Below are positions 49,667 to 62,767 of a DNA stretch of 64,000 nucleotides, piece by piece (within the stretch, counting starts at the first letter, position 1; every line of letters begins with the position of its first letter). Source of the DNA: Psammoneis japonica (lineage: Eukaryota). The stretch is from positions 1 through 64,000 of the forward strand of contig QPGO01000263.1 in NCBI GenBank assembly GCA_008632985.1. Reading direction: 5' to 3'. The notes beneath the pieces were generated by a model. The model was given only the letters and a program-made list of their open reading frames with translations. It made no database searches and had not been told where the DNA came from. The position numbers and the translations under genes were made by a program.

Positions 49667-50269
49667 ATTGAAGGGAAGTTTGCGGCTGATGTCGGATCGT
49701 TTGGTCGTTTTGTGTTCGTGTTCGATGCAACTGAACAAGAGTTTGATGTGCGCAATGATCCGATTTTGTGAGTTCCTTGCCAAATTTGTGATTTCCAACG
49801 CATAAAGGCGTATTCGCGACTAATTGACGCCGCATGCTTTTATATATATTATATTCTTCTTAAACTTCGAATACACTATTTACTTTTTTTGCCTAAGTAT
49901 CTTTTTTTGATGTATTCATGACTATATATTAGAAATCAAGGGTCATTATGTGACACCTGGAAATAATTTTGGCGCTCCAACGCTTGATCTTGCCAACGCG
50001 TGAATGTTGTGTGTGCCGAGAGGAGGTGCGCGTCGCATCTTCGCAAGCGCACCACGCACCCGCCAGCGAAACTTTTCGACAAAAAAACACGCGCGGAGGC
50101 AAGAGATTGGAGGTATTCAGACCGACAAAATGGGCGAAACGACGACAGCTATTCACAAGCTGTTGAATGGCAGTCACTACGCTCAACAGTCCTATTTGCA
50201 TAGCACTCATTGCTACTCTCTCTTTTGATAGATCCGCGACCAGAATCATCCCAGAATCTCCACGTAAGA

Positions 50270-51165
50270 ATGAAACCATCCAAGCCAAAAGAGAACACGC
50301 TTCCGACGTTTGTTTTACCTGGAGATGACGTCTCACACATGGTAATACCGAACAAGGCCCCAAAGAAAGTACCAAAACTGGGTGTGGGGTTGTCGTTTCG
50401 GGATGAAAAGGTCTATGCCACTTTGGCCGGGCGCTTGGAGCACAATCGTTCCAGTCATACCTGGTTTGTGTTGCAGTCCATACGTCGCTACGTTGTTGCA
50501 GAGGAAGATCGCGTGTTGGGAATTGTGGAGGACCGAGCTGGCTCCAGAGGAAGTGGAGGTGATATGTATCGAATCAACATTGGTGGGCCTCACCCAGCTT
50601 TACTGTGTGCTCTCGATTTTGAGGGCGCTACGAAACGAAACAAACCCTTCTTTTCTACTGGGGATTTGATTTATGCTCGTGTGGCGTCTGCCTCCTACGT
50701 TATGGATCCTGTGTTATCCTGCAAAGTGGGCCCTCGTGATGCTGGTGTTCCGCGTAAGGATTGGATGACGGATGAAGGGCTTTATGGGCAACTAAAAGGG
50801 GGGACCGTGCAGCGAATATCACTGGGCCTTGCGCGGGAATTGCTACATCCGAGCTGTGTTGTTTTGGAGGAGCTGGCAAAGCACAATTTAGCCTTTGAAC
50901 TCTGTGTTGGTGTCAATGGATTGCTTTGGGTGCGTGCTCAAATATTGAATTTTTGGATTGCTTTAAAGATCACACAAAAAGGTTTCTCATGCTCCGCTTG
51001 TGACGTTTGGTACAGGTGCACAGTGAACGACCAGAATACACAATACTTATCATGAATGCTATCGCAAACAGCGAGGTAATGACGGTGCAACAAGTTCGAG
51101 CCATGGTCAAGGCGCTCGTTGCGACCATCAGGAGTCAGGTGCAAGAAGATGATATGGACGATTGA
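50270..51165 (+). CDS. RRP40: Exosome component RRP40 (EXOSC3); intron 50930-51015
   Basis: VLPGD, LGVGL, RRY....DRVLGIV, LDFEGATKRNKP, GDLIYARV, FELCVGVNGLLW|VHS. Confidence 0.9.
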
Positions 51166-51559
51166 GTGAAATGAATCATCACTGGAAAGCTCTCTCTAGT
51201 CGAATCGTTGACCTGTGCGGTGATTATTCAGCGATCTTTTCTTGTACAGCAAGGAGGGACAGAGATGGTTATTGACAGAGGAACGACAACCTAGGGCCAT
51301 TCTCGAAGCATGGCAACCGCGGTCTGATGAGTAGTGTGAGTGAAAGCTGTGGCTCATAATAGTAGTCCCTATTCGCTGTTGTTGAATCAACTTGATTGTA
51401 CAACGCTCTCTATGCTCTAGAGAGTGCATTGTGTTTTCTTTCAATTTCCCCGCCTTTCACAACACAGTACCTCTCTCCTCTTGCTACACGATTCAATACG
51501 AAACCATTCTTCTTGGTGATTTAGTGCTCCTGGTTTTGAAACGTTGTTTCTCTCCCTCT

Positions 51560-54500
51560 CATCACCAGACTTTGCACAGAAACCACATTGTTGGCCATGC
51601 ACAGGGTGCCCTCAGAAACTTGCCCACGGAGTTTGGCTGCCTCATGCACCAAGCAGGCAGTTGAGTTTTGGCAGTGCAACAGATTGTGGTTGACTGCAAT
51701 TCAGAGAACATTTCTGACTGGGCTTGTTTGGCTAAGAAATGTTCAGTCATGTGAAAGCCACCTTCACTTCATGCAGCTGCATGATCCTGTTCATCCACAA
51801 AAATGAAAAACATTTCTCCAAGTTTCCAGCTTGCTTGGGACTTGGTGAATGCTGTGCAGCATGTGCCTTGCATGTTCAGTCTTTGCACATCCAATGTGCA
51901 ACATCAGTGGCCAGTCACCATTTGACATTTTTGTGTGAGGATCACTTGCAGTTGACACTCAGCAATCATGCCAATGCTTCTGCTCACTGGGGTGAGCATG
52001 AGCTCACATGGGCATGCACAACAATGTGCACTTCTGCAGCTCTGTCTTCACTTCCAAAGTTTGAGTTCACAGGACATGGCTGGCATCTGCCAGCAGCCAG
52101 CTTCACATGCTGCGTGCTCATTCCTCATGACATGGGTCATGAAACACCAGCATGGTCTGCCAACAATGAGGCAGATGAATCTGCCTTGGATTGTGTGTGT
52201 CTGTCAGTGCACCATCCTGTGAATGCAGTGCGCCATTGTCATTGATTTGTGAGACTCTGACAGGGCCGCACAACAGTCAGTCCTGCACCTGGATTTTTGT
52301 TTTTGTTTGACAAGCACCAGTTGTTCAATCCTGTGTTTGCAGCTTTGTCTCTTGGCCTTTCCTCATTTGTTGTTCAAGCAGACAAAGCTCTTGTTTTTTG
52401 TCTTGTGTGTTTCCACTTTCCTCACTTGTTGCATCTGTGACAGTGTCAGTCACAGCTCATGCAGCAAACACCATGACCATGGAGAGCAAACCATGGCCAC
52501 ACCATGTTCATTTCTGATCATTCAATGTGTGCGCTCTGCCACTGTGGCATTTGCAAGTGGATTTCTCCATTTGCTTGTGGGTTTCTTTTGGAAGCCACAG
52601 TTGTCTTCTTGAGTCACACATGACTAAATTTGGCCATTTGCTTGATTTCTTCTTGGTCAAAAACAGCGTTTCTCAGTCGTGGATGTCTGCACAGCCAGGT
52701 GGGCTGGATGACATTTGCCACAATGCCAGCATGATCAGCAGACAATTCAGTGATTTCAAACCATCCGCTTGCTGGATCAATCACAGTCACTGAACACAAA
52801 TGCAAGGGTGTCTCATTCTTGCACTTGATTGTGTGTGCTCTCCTGATCACATCTCTGCACAGAGGAGGGTCTGCCAAGGGGCAATCTCTGCCACCTTTTC
52901 TGGAAGTTTCTCACATCTTAGATTTCATCATTTTGTCTTTTGACATTTTTGCGTCTGGAGCATGCAGAGTGCACTGCAGCTCTCACATTGTGCCATCAGA
53001 AGTGCTGGGCAAGGGCAATTTCCACACATGTGGTCTCTCCTGGATGACACAATTAAAATTGTGTGTGGCACCACTTGGTCTGCTGCCTCTGCACTGACTC
53101 TGGGACACAAATTTTGTCCTGACAACACAAGCCAACTGTCTGCCAAACATTGGCTCTCTCCCATGGAATGACCATGTGGAGCAAAGGATGCACTCCACAT
53201 CCACAGGTGATTCAGCATCCATGGGATTACTCTCCACAATGATGGGGGGCTGTTTTGAGACATCTGGGGCAGTTGGCAACCAAACTTCAATGGCCTTTGA
53301 CACAACTTAACTCAGCAGGGCCATGTTCTTTGGATGTCAAATGCAAGTGCATGATGCACTCAGTGTTGAGTGCTTCACAAGTGAGACTTTTATGCTCAGC
53401 ACATGCAACAATTCAGTGACCAAGAAGAGCTGGCCTGAACTCTTTTATGGAGTCTTGACAATTGCAAGCAATTCTTGCTCTGTCACTGTGTGGCTCAACT
53501 GAGCACTGGCAAGCTTTCAGCTGTAAAATGCCACAAGTTTGTCATTTTGAAATGGCTTGTCAGCCAAAATCCCAATGCACCGGAAGCACATCTTCTGACA
53601 CCAATCACTTGACAATTCATGAGTGCTTCCTTTTCAATGGGAGATGGGAGTCTGCTCCAACTTGGAGGTCCTGGCTGCAAGTCTTGTGAGGGGTGCTGAA
53701 ACATGTGATCTTTGCAGCCATGTATCCTGGCAGCAGCTGACCATGCCGATGAATGACCAGAGTTCTTTCTTGATCTTCAGTTGGGCAATGTGCTGGTGCA
53801 TGGCCTTGACCTTTCTTCTCAAGGGTTGAGTGCCTTCATGAGTGACCTCATGTCCAAGATGCTTCAAGTGCATTTGGCAGAACAGCAGTGACTTTGAGGC
53901 ACTGGCCTCAAGTCAAGTGTCTTGAAGCCCCCCCTTGAGCATGGTGTCCACCTTCTTGAGGTGGTCACCCAACATGCTTTTTGTGATGACCAGCATGTCC
54001 TGAATGTGTGGGATGGGATGGGGCATCTGCTTCATCCTCTTCTTGTTAAAATTGCAAAAACCATTGATGAGCTGCACTCTGTTTGATCTGTTTTGGGGAC
54101 AAACAGCGGCAACGCCCATTTTGAGTGGTTTGTTTTCTTCAATGTGCTGATCTTGCACAGATGCTTGGTCTCATTGCTCAGCATCTGCTCACACAAATGT
54201 GATGCTTTGTGTGGTCTTGCACAGCATGGCTTGGTGTCATCCTTCAATTGGATGTGTGGCAAGGCTCACCCATGCTCACCTGACACTCTGTCAAATGATG
54301 GCTTGCACTTCTTTAGAGTCTGAAGCATTTTTTTACAATGTCAATGCTTTTTGCATTTTTGACTGCCAATGACAAATCTTCTGTGTGGTGCTTTGCTGTG
54401 AGAACAGTCAAGATTCTCCCACTGTCACTTTTCAATTGTGTCAATTCTTCAACATGAGAGACATGGTTGTTTGTCTTGAACACTCCTGGAACAGTTTTTC

Positions 54501-56800
54501 AACTTGATGAAGATTTTTGTTTTTCCTTTACAGCACATGGCTTTCAAGGTCACAAACAATGTTGGTGCAACAACCTGTTGGAGTTCTTTTTTCTGTTTTC
54601 CAGGCAGGCCTGCAGCACAAGTTCTGCCAGAGAGTTGAAAAGCAGTGTTGAGACATTCATTCAAACTGCCAAACTTTTTAGGACTGTCATGCCAGCCTCC
54701 TCTTCAGACTGTTTGGTGCCCTTCATCTTTGCCATCACAAATTTCCAAAAGCACCAGTGACTCACAAATGGACTCAGCTCTTTGTCTTGAATCTTGTGCT
54801 TTTTCATTTCTTGCTCTCAGGTGCTTTCTTCAATGCCTGGTTGATGGCAGTGCTCAGCTTTTCTTTGCTGTTTTCCTTTTTTGGTCATGGATGGATGACA
54901 GATGGATGCAAAGTCTTTGTGCACTTTGCTCAATGCTGCAAAGTTTAACACTTGTCAGTTGGCCAAATGACCACAATTTGTGCAACACAACAAGTGCATT
55001 TTGGAGCTGCCCTTGTGACTTGTGATGAGCAATTCTGGGCTGTTTTTGCCTTGGACTCTCTTCTTCAGCACCTTGGTTTTTGGAGCCACCTTTTGAAGTC
55101 TGTCCTCAACAGCTTGAACTTGCTCAATCCACTCACAATGAGTTCTGAAATTGTGTGAGAAAGTGATGGGTCAAAGCATTGAAGAACTGTGTGCTTTTGC
55201 CATGCACTTGGAACTTCACACTCAAACAAATTGACAAGAAATTCATAATTTGGCAATGGCATCAGGGCATTTCCTCTCCTTCTGCAATTGGAGGGATGTT
55301 GTTTGAGTGGCCACTGATCTCAACAGCCCTGTTTGCACAGTCCTGAGTCCTTGTCTTGGCTGGCTTGTGTGTGAGACACCTCAAGTGGTGCTTCTGAAGT
55401 GGCACCAGCACCCTCTTGGGTGCCATGCTTGCAGTGACCACTTTCTTTCACTCAGCACAATTTGTGTTTCTCTCAGTGGCATTTTTAAATGCCTTGTTGT
55501 TGCACATCATGAAAGCATCTCCCTCCAAGAGCCTGTGAGCCAATGAGTGCTTTTCTGGCCCAGTTGTGATGTTTTGTCAGAGAGTGACTTGCTCAGAGTT
55601 TTGGGTGCAGAGTGGCCACTCTTTGCACATTCCAGCCCTGAGGTGCAGCACTCACAACTCACACACTGGATTGTTTTGTTTTTGTCTCCTTCTTCTTCTG
55701 GGAATGCTGCCAAAGGGGAACAGGAGGCGCAGTCCTCTTCTTCATGATCACAGGGTTGGATGTCTGGGCTGAACAAGCACGCACTTTGTTGGACATGTTG
55801 ATTTGTAAAAAGTTTCTCAACACACTTGCTGGAGGGATGGTGCATTCCAGCTCCAGAAGAGGCAGGACCTCACACTGCTGACATTGAATTTTTTTTGTCA
55901 TGTGACACATTTCATGCATGCACACATCTGCATGATTTCGGTGTCATTTTTTGTGTCATTTTGCAGTGCAGTCATTCAGCTGTCCATTCAACAATTCTTT
56001 AGATAGTTTTTTGTGCAAAGGGATTCTCCAATGTCTGTGGAGTTGCATGGAGCAGGAAGATTTTCAAAAACTGTGAGCATTCACCAGAGGTGCAGTTGCA
56101 CTTTAAAATTGGTTGTTTGTTCAGATGTCAAAGACAATGCATTCATTGCCCAGTGTGCAAACTGCAGAGCTCACACGCAGAATTCTGTGTGCCCATGTCA
56201 CACAGAGTTCCACCTGGAGACAGAGTGCATCTAATGTTGCTGAGTTCAGGTTGGTGGGTGGATTGTGGTTGATTGCAATTCTGAGAACATTTCTGAGTCA
56301 GCTCATTTGGCCAAGAAATGCTGCTTGGTCTCGTGAGAAAGCCACAGCTGCTTGGTCTCATGAGAAAGCCACATTCACTTCACACAGCTGCACAACAGCT
56401 TTCATCCATGAACAAAGAGGCAGCATTGCTCCAAGTTCAGCTTGGGACTTGGTGAGTGCTGCACAGCACCACATGCCTTGCATGTTCAGTTTTCACACAT
56501 CCAACGTGTGACATGAATGGCCAGCTGCTGTGCGCATGACAACTTTGCATTGACAACTTGCAACTGCTGACACTTGGCAATCATGCCAATGCCCTTGCTC
56601 ACACACCAAATTGAGCACAAGCTTGCATGGACATGCATGCCATGCACTTCTGTGGCTCTCGCTTCACTTCTGAAGTTTGAGTTCACAGGGATGATGTGGC
56701 TGGCATCTGCCAAAAATCAGCATCACATGCTGCAGGACATCAAACACAAAGCTTGCCACTCTTCCCCTTGAAGCTCAATGGCCTGCAGTGCCTGGTGTGT
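51560..56800 (-). mobile_element. Degenerate Ty3/gypsy LTR retrotransposon with diverged LTR-like direct repeats (about 51630-52110 and 56200-56730)
   Basis: PCCARPH..KWALPLFVPK, PHPIPHIQDML, LKHLGH..ELWSFIGMVSCCQD (RT); VIDPASGWFEI..TWLCRHPR (integrase). The flanks share ttgtggttga.tgcaattc.gagaacatttctga and tttgagttcacagg. Confidence 0.85.
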
Positions 56801-57443
56801 TGAAGTCATCCCATCCATCATCCACCCTGGTGCTGCAGAGTTGCGTGAGTGAGGGAGACACCAAACAAGTGTGCCAGCATGCAGGCAATGACCATTGTGT
56901 GTGTTTAAAATAACACCCCCAGCATTCTGTGGCACCTTTGAGGGTGATCATTTCCAGCTTTTTTGGCACACGTTTTGTCAAAATGGCCCATGGCTAAGAT
57001 TTCAGATCTCAAAAGGGGCACAGTGCAGTGCCTCTCTGGAAGCACTCCATGTGCCCGCCATTGAGTGGCAAAACAGGCGGCAGGTCTTCTCAAGTTCTTG
57101 TTGCAGCATTGCTGCTGCACCAAAGAGTGGGGCACACGGCCAGAGTCAAGAGCTGGAGCCAAACCTTCCTTTTCCACCTGCTTTGGCAGAGTTGTGGAGC
57201 AAGGCCTGATCTGCCACGTCACAACCATTTCTGCTTTGAGCTTGCGCGGCGCGAGTGATGAAGCTGTTTCATTGGTTTTTGAGACTTGAGACCATCGCCA
57301 TCGTCAATCGCTCGGCCATTGGATAGCAGACCAATGATTTGCAGCAAACGCTGTAAGTAACGGAACTGGCATACCGGTGCCTTATACCTTATGGAGCTGT
57401 GTGGATGTGAAGGAGACGGAAGCACTTTTGGATTGGTAACAGC

Positions 57444-59920
57444 ATGTCCATAATAGAAGCAGATGAAAATGATCAACACGCCAGGGGAGACGAGGAATTT
57501 CTCGATAGCTTCACCGAGGATTCCAATCTGAGCGACCCTTGCCGCCGTATCTGCGTTGTAACGACAGCCGCTTTACCCTGGCGTACGGGAACGGCTGTCA
57601 ATCCTCTCCTGAGAGCGCTTTATCTGACTCGTGGCCGTCCAAAACACTTTGTTACTCTTGTAATCCCGTGGTTGGATGACGAGGAATCGCAGAACAAGCT
57701 CTACGGAGAAGTCTTTGCTAGTCAAAAGGAACAAGAGGAATGGATTCGTCACTATGCGTGTGAACGAGCAAAGTGTCCTACCGAAGAGGAGGCTTTGAAG
57801 ATTTTATTTTATGATGCAACATACCAAAAATCGTTCGGTTCAATTTTTCCTGTGGTGGACATTTGCAATCTCATTCCTGAAGCCGACATTGCCATTCTGG
57901 AGGAACCTGAGCATGTAAGACGGCGATTGTATGCGTTTCAAATCGGCAACAGTTTCGTGTGTTTTGATCTTTTGCTTTACAAACCCTACGCTCTAATGTT
58001 TTGGCACGTTGCCTTTGTTGTTACTTCTCATCCTTGTTGAACTACCTGGTAGCTGAATTGGTTTCGTGTGCCATCAAAGTCGCCATTACTTGCCGCCAAA
58101 GACTTCTTCCGTGGAGTTTCCGGACTTTCGTCGGATAGCAATCAAGATAAACAGAGTACAAGTCAACGCCAAATACAAGGTGGTCAAGCCGACAAAAGCA
58201 AGGAAGCTGCAGCCGAAGAATACGAAAGCATCGGCGACGAGCCCGATCAGACAGTTGAGGAGAAGGAGGCAAACAACGAAGAATCAGAAAGCGCCACGCA
58301 AAACACATTGACTAAATCACATGGTCGGACCCAAGAGGAGATTGCAGAGCTTGGCTGGAAATATAGATTTCGTCATGTTGTTGGAATCCTTCATACGAAC
58401 TACTCTGCTTACATGAAACAGTATGGTGTCGGAACGTCATTGATCGGTGCGCCAGCTATTGGAATTCTCAGCTCGATTGTTGTCAAAGCTTATTGTCACC
58501 GGGTGATTCGGCTCAGTGCAGTGCTTCCGTCCTTAGCTCCAGGAAAAGAAATCACGTCAAATGTTCACGGGGTTCGTGCAGAATTTCTTGAAGAACATAC
58601 CGCAGCAGACGAAGCAAAAGAGATTGCCAATGAAGATGACGACGAAGAGACGCCATCGACTATCTATTTCATTGGGAAAATAATATGGGCCAAGGGCTTC
58701 GATAAGCTGTTGAAGATCCAAGACTTGTATCACCGCGCGACCGGCGATTACTTCCCGATGGATGTGTATGGCGCAGGATCAGATGAAAAGGCCATCAAAC
58801 GAGCTTTTTTTGGTCGGCACGGTTCCCAACAAGACATTGAGTCAGAGTCGGAAGAGTCTGAGGGTATTGTAAACGAGGAGTTTGAAACCAGTCAAGATGC
58901 ACTCGCTGCTGCTGTCTTTGAGTCATCTCTGTCTCTGCGTGAGCGTGTTTATACGGCAGAGTCAGATCAGTTCATCCAACAAGCAGGGTTCGAAGTTTCA
59001 ATTTCAGACTCAAGAGAGGATGCACCAGAAAGACAATCCAGCCCGCTATCAATCCTTGGCGATTTGTCGGGGAAGTCTCTTGGGACAGCCTTGTCGACAT
59101 CGCTGGCGGTATACAAGTTGGCGGATGCTGCGGTTTGTAATGGAATGTCACTCGCTCTTACCTGGGATGAAGGAGACGAAGACTCGAGTGGGACGAAACG
59201 GAGCCCTGGATTTGTGTTTGACTTGCCCCAGTCGCTTCACGAGTGGCGACGGAATCCGATACCCGCAAGATTTCTTGGTGTTCGCGATCACGCTCAACTC
59301 AACAGTGTACCGCAGCAAAGAGTATTCTTGAATCCTTCCATTACAGAAGTCCTATGCACCACCACTGCTGAGGCACTCGCGATGGGGAAGTTCGTCATTA
59401 TTCCAAAACATGGTGAGTGTGTGTTGTCTTGTAGGGTCGATTTGTTGATTCTTTTGATTCGGCACTGACACTTCCTGCTATTATGTTATTTGAAAATGAA
59501 GCATCGAACGAGTTCTTTCTTCCGTTTCGGAACTGTTTAGCATACGAGACACCCGAAGAATGCGTAGAAAAGATTCAGTGGGCACTGTCGCACGAGCCAC
59601 ATGTGTTGACGGCTGAAGAAAAGAGCTGCTTTACTTGGGAGGCCGCAACTGAGAGATTGTATGAGGCTTCTGGTATCACAAAAAGAGAGCATAAAAATTC
59701 CCGGGAAGGGAACAATGGCGATAAAGCTGGGCGCATGACGCTTGCACGGCTTCACGTCGAATTCGGGAAGAAAGGACAGTTCATCGGAAATTTATTCATG
59801 GGCGGTGACAAGGACAAAGAGGACGATGAATCGAGCGAAAAGGCTTCTCTTGACAATGATAATGAGGTCTACAATTCAAAAGGCACAACTTCTCCTGACA
59901 GAGCTGACGACATCGGCTAA
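57444..59920 (+). CDS. DGD: Digalactosyldiacylglycerol synthase; introns 57915-58052 and 59413-59501; the true start may lie upstream
   Basis: VVTTAALPWRTGTAVNPLLRALYL, ILEEPEH|LNW, VGILHTNY, CHRVIRLSA, NVHGVR, GKIIWAKG, FLNPSITEVLCTTTAEALAMGK. Confidence 0.92.
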
Positions 59921-60534
59921 CACACGGCATGCGATCAAATACCGATAGTAATGATAACAAACTCTAGCCTGACAAACGGACGTCTAATATATTATCATCG
60001 TTTACCGCAAATCCAGACGCTATCATCTCGATGAGAATCATTGTCTAGCTCCATACAAAAGAGTGAATCGTACATTGGTTTCCCTCTAGCGACAACATTC
60101 AAGCACATGCATGGGACGGTACCTCTCGCATCACTCACTCGATACGTTCTCCAAGGAATAATAATCACGTTGTTGCCAGCGTAACCGTGGAGGAACAGCT
60201 CGCCCATTCCGTATTGCGGGCGAACAGTCGAAATGACGATCCAGAGCGTTTTGACGACAGGCCTTGAGGCATACCGTGAATAAGCATACCCTGGCTTGAA
60301 GACCAGGAAAGAAAGTAGAGAACTGACCCAAAACATAGATGAAGGGGGGGGGGGGGTACTATGTACAAAAACAGAAACGACGACAACAAAACATGCCGCG
60401 ACATTCCGCAAGCGCTACGACCGTCATCGTAGTCCATTGACATACGTACGGAATGAATAACACGCCCATAAAGATTGCTATGTTGTACTTTTAGTATTTC
60501 TACTTCTATGGTAAATGAGGACAGTTTCAATAGC

Positions 60535-61365
60535 CAAAGAGGACAGCACATTGTACACGAGCAAATAAGTGCCCAAGACTTCGAAAGCATCAATTCGTTC
60601 TCTCTAACGGACTCGTCGTTTTGGGATTTGATGTTTCGAGTGGAGAACTCTAGATTTGGTCATGAGGGGCGGGAACCTGCGGCAGGAACGTTTCAGCAGC
60701 ATGACATCCCTTTTGAGTCCTCAACACCAGAAGCATCAAATTTCCAAGGTCTCTGCACCCGTTATTGCGACGTCATTGACTTTCTTGATCATGGGCACTC
60801 TTTCGTGCATGCAAAGCGAGTTGTGAGTTGTGAGAGCTTTCATGGTAAATGGTAAATGTGGACAGCTTTAACAGCAGTGACCTGATGGGTCAAGCGAACA
60901 GGCAACTTACCATGGTCGAAGACACAGGAGTAACATGGACTCCCAAGCCGAAGACACGCATTCGATTTTAACTGGCAACACCTGCTCCACCGATTTCAAC
61001 CGCATAAGAGTTCTGAAGCAACTTTGACAATAACATAAAAGAGAGGACATCACATTGTATGCGAATAAATGAGTGCCCAACACTTCGAAAGCATCAATTC
61101 TTTCTCTCTAACGGGCTCGTCGTTTTGGGATTGGATTTTTCGGGTGAAGGTGAAGGAGAAGTTCAGATTCGGTCTGATGGGCGCTGGCATCCGATTCGCA
61201 AATGGTACGGACACTTTCTACCACCATGACCTTCTTCTTCACTCCTCTCTCGAACACTCCAAAAGCATCAAATTTCCAAGGTCGCTGCACCCGTTATTGC
61301 GACGTCATTGCCTTCTCGATGTGCATGCAAAAACGCGTTGTGGATGAGTTTGTGAGAGCTTTCGG
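60535..61365 (+). repeat. Diverged direct repeat of about 300 bp (60535-60845 and 61045-61365)
   Basis: Shared agtgcccaa.acttcgaaagcatcaattc..tctctctaacgg.ctcgtcgttttgggat and aagcatcaaatttccaaggtc..tgcacccgttattgcgacgtcattg. Confidence 0.85.
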
Positions 61366-61368
61366 AAA

Positions 61369-61451
61369 NNNNNNNNNNNNNNNNNNNNNNNNNNNNNNNN
61401 NNNNNNNNNNNNNNNNNNNNNNNNNNNNNNNNNNNNNNNNNNNNNNNNNNN
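61369..61451. other. Assembly gap (N run)
   Basis: 83 N bases. Confidence 1.
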
Positions 61452-61732
61452 GTGGGAAACGGAGGGGGCGCGCGAGGAAAAAAGTTCGTCCGTTGAATCT
61501 TGGCTGTGAATCGTGAGAGTGCGTTAAGTCGTGCGTCAAGTCGTGCGTTGAGTCGTCTTGAAATTTGAAAAAAAATCAAAAATCAATCGAAACACGAAAG
61601 CTCACGCGATGAGCGATGGAAACATGTTACCGTCGCACGCGAATCCTCATACGGAAGGCCTTTTCTCCTACTGTACTGTGGAGGATACTGTAGAGAAGTT
61701 TCCTGAATACCCAAAGTGCAGTGGATGGCAGA

Positions 61733-62359
61733 ATGGTTAAGAAGCGAAGTTTTGAGGGAGGAACTGCCGACGACGCAACAGTTGTAGACAGCGCAAGCGA
61801 CGACGAAGGTGGAAAAGACTTTGAGAGTGTGGCTATTGCTCCAAACCTACCGGCATCATCAAGATTTGGCAGTGCTGGCAAAGGTGAACCATCAAGGAAG
61901 AAGAAACGAGGGCGTCCTCGAAAGATCCGATCGCCCAAATTCTCCATCTCGGACACGCCCATGTTTTCATGCACCGGATCTTCCATTGAATTTGACGTTG
62001 TCGGAAAGCCAATGCCAAAGTCAAGACCAAAGCATGGGTGGAATGGAAATGTTTACAATCCAAACCAAGCTGATGAGAAAGAGTTTGCAAGTGTAGCATC
62101 AGATCTCTGCCGATCAAGACTAGATTCAGTGCCAAAGTTCCGTGACGGTGTGTTGTTGAAGGCTCGGATTGAATTTACTTTTCCTGGGAAGAGTCTCAAG
62201 GATACAGGAGACATTGACAATCTCTGTAAGTTTGTTTTGGACAGCTTAAACACAGTGTTGTATCAAGATGATTGGCAAGTGTCGCACTTGTCGGCGAAAA
62301 AGGTACTTGCTTCGTCCGAATCTGCCGGACGTACAGCAGTCGAATTGAAGCGAATTTGA
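61733..62359 (+). CDS. RusA-family Holliday junction resolvase with an AT-hook/NLS-like N-terminus
   Basis: FDVVGKPMPKSRP..YNP and GDIDNLCKFVLDSLNTVLYQDDWQV..LSAKK match the RusA DxDN..K...D.L....DD signature. KKKRGRPRK lies upstream. Confidence 0.85.
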   Translation: MVKKRSFEGGTADDATVVDSASDDEGGKDFESVAIAPNLPASSRFGSAGKGEPSRKKKRGRPRKIRSPKFSISDTPMFSCTGSSIEFDVVGKPMPKSRPKHGWNGNVYNPNQADEKEFASVASDLCRSRLDSVPKFRDGVLLKARIEFTFPGKSLKDTGDIDNLCKFVLDSLNTVLYQDDWQVSHLSAKKVLASSESAGRTAVELKRI

Positions 62360-62767
62360 AACAAATAATTCTATACGATTATAACAAGCACTGTATCACC
62401 TACTCACTTGACGTGTGCCTAGAGTAGTCATGTTTTATTTTAGCCCACTTGTGTCGTGAGACAAGCACTTGCTTCGTCTGAATCGGCTGGACGCACGGTC
62501 GTCTCTCTGAACCAAATTTGAAATAGATAGTGTGTTATTTCACTTGGCATGTGCTGTGCCTTACTTTGGTGCACTTCTTTGACTGGCAAGTTGTGGAGCC
62601 GTCGGCATGAAAAGCACACATTTTTCGTCTGAATAGATCGGACGCATGACAATCTGGCGGACGCAAAATCTGGAGTCGTTGCACCGCACCAAATTTGAAA
62701 TAGACAGTTCCACAAGCTTCTGTTGGTGCAGTAACACACAATTACTTTACATACATTTTACTTTCAC

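Noticed and set aside
45990..49805. Poly-Leu (804 aa) and Gly/Val-rich (372 aa) plus-strand ORFs
   Set aside because: Antisense shadows of the repetitive Ser/Pro-rich gene.
51560..56800. Classical fungal RIP
   Set aside because: RIP converts CpA to TpA and enriches TA; the opposite pattern is seen here.
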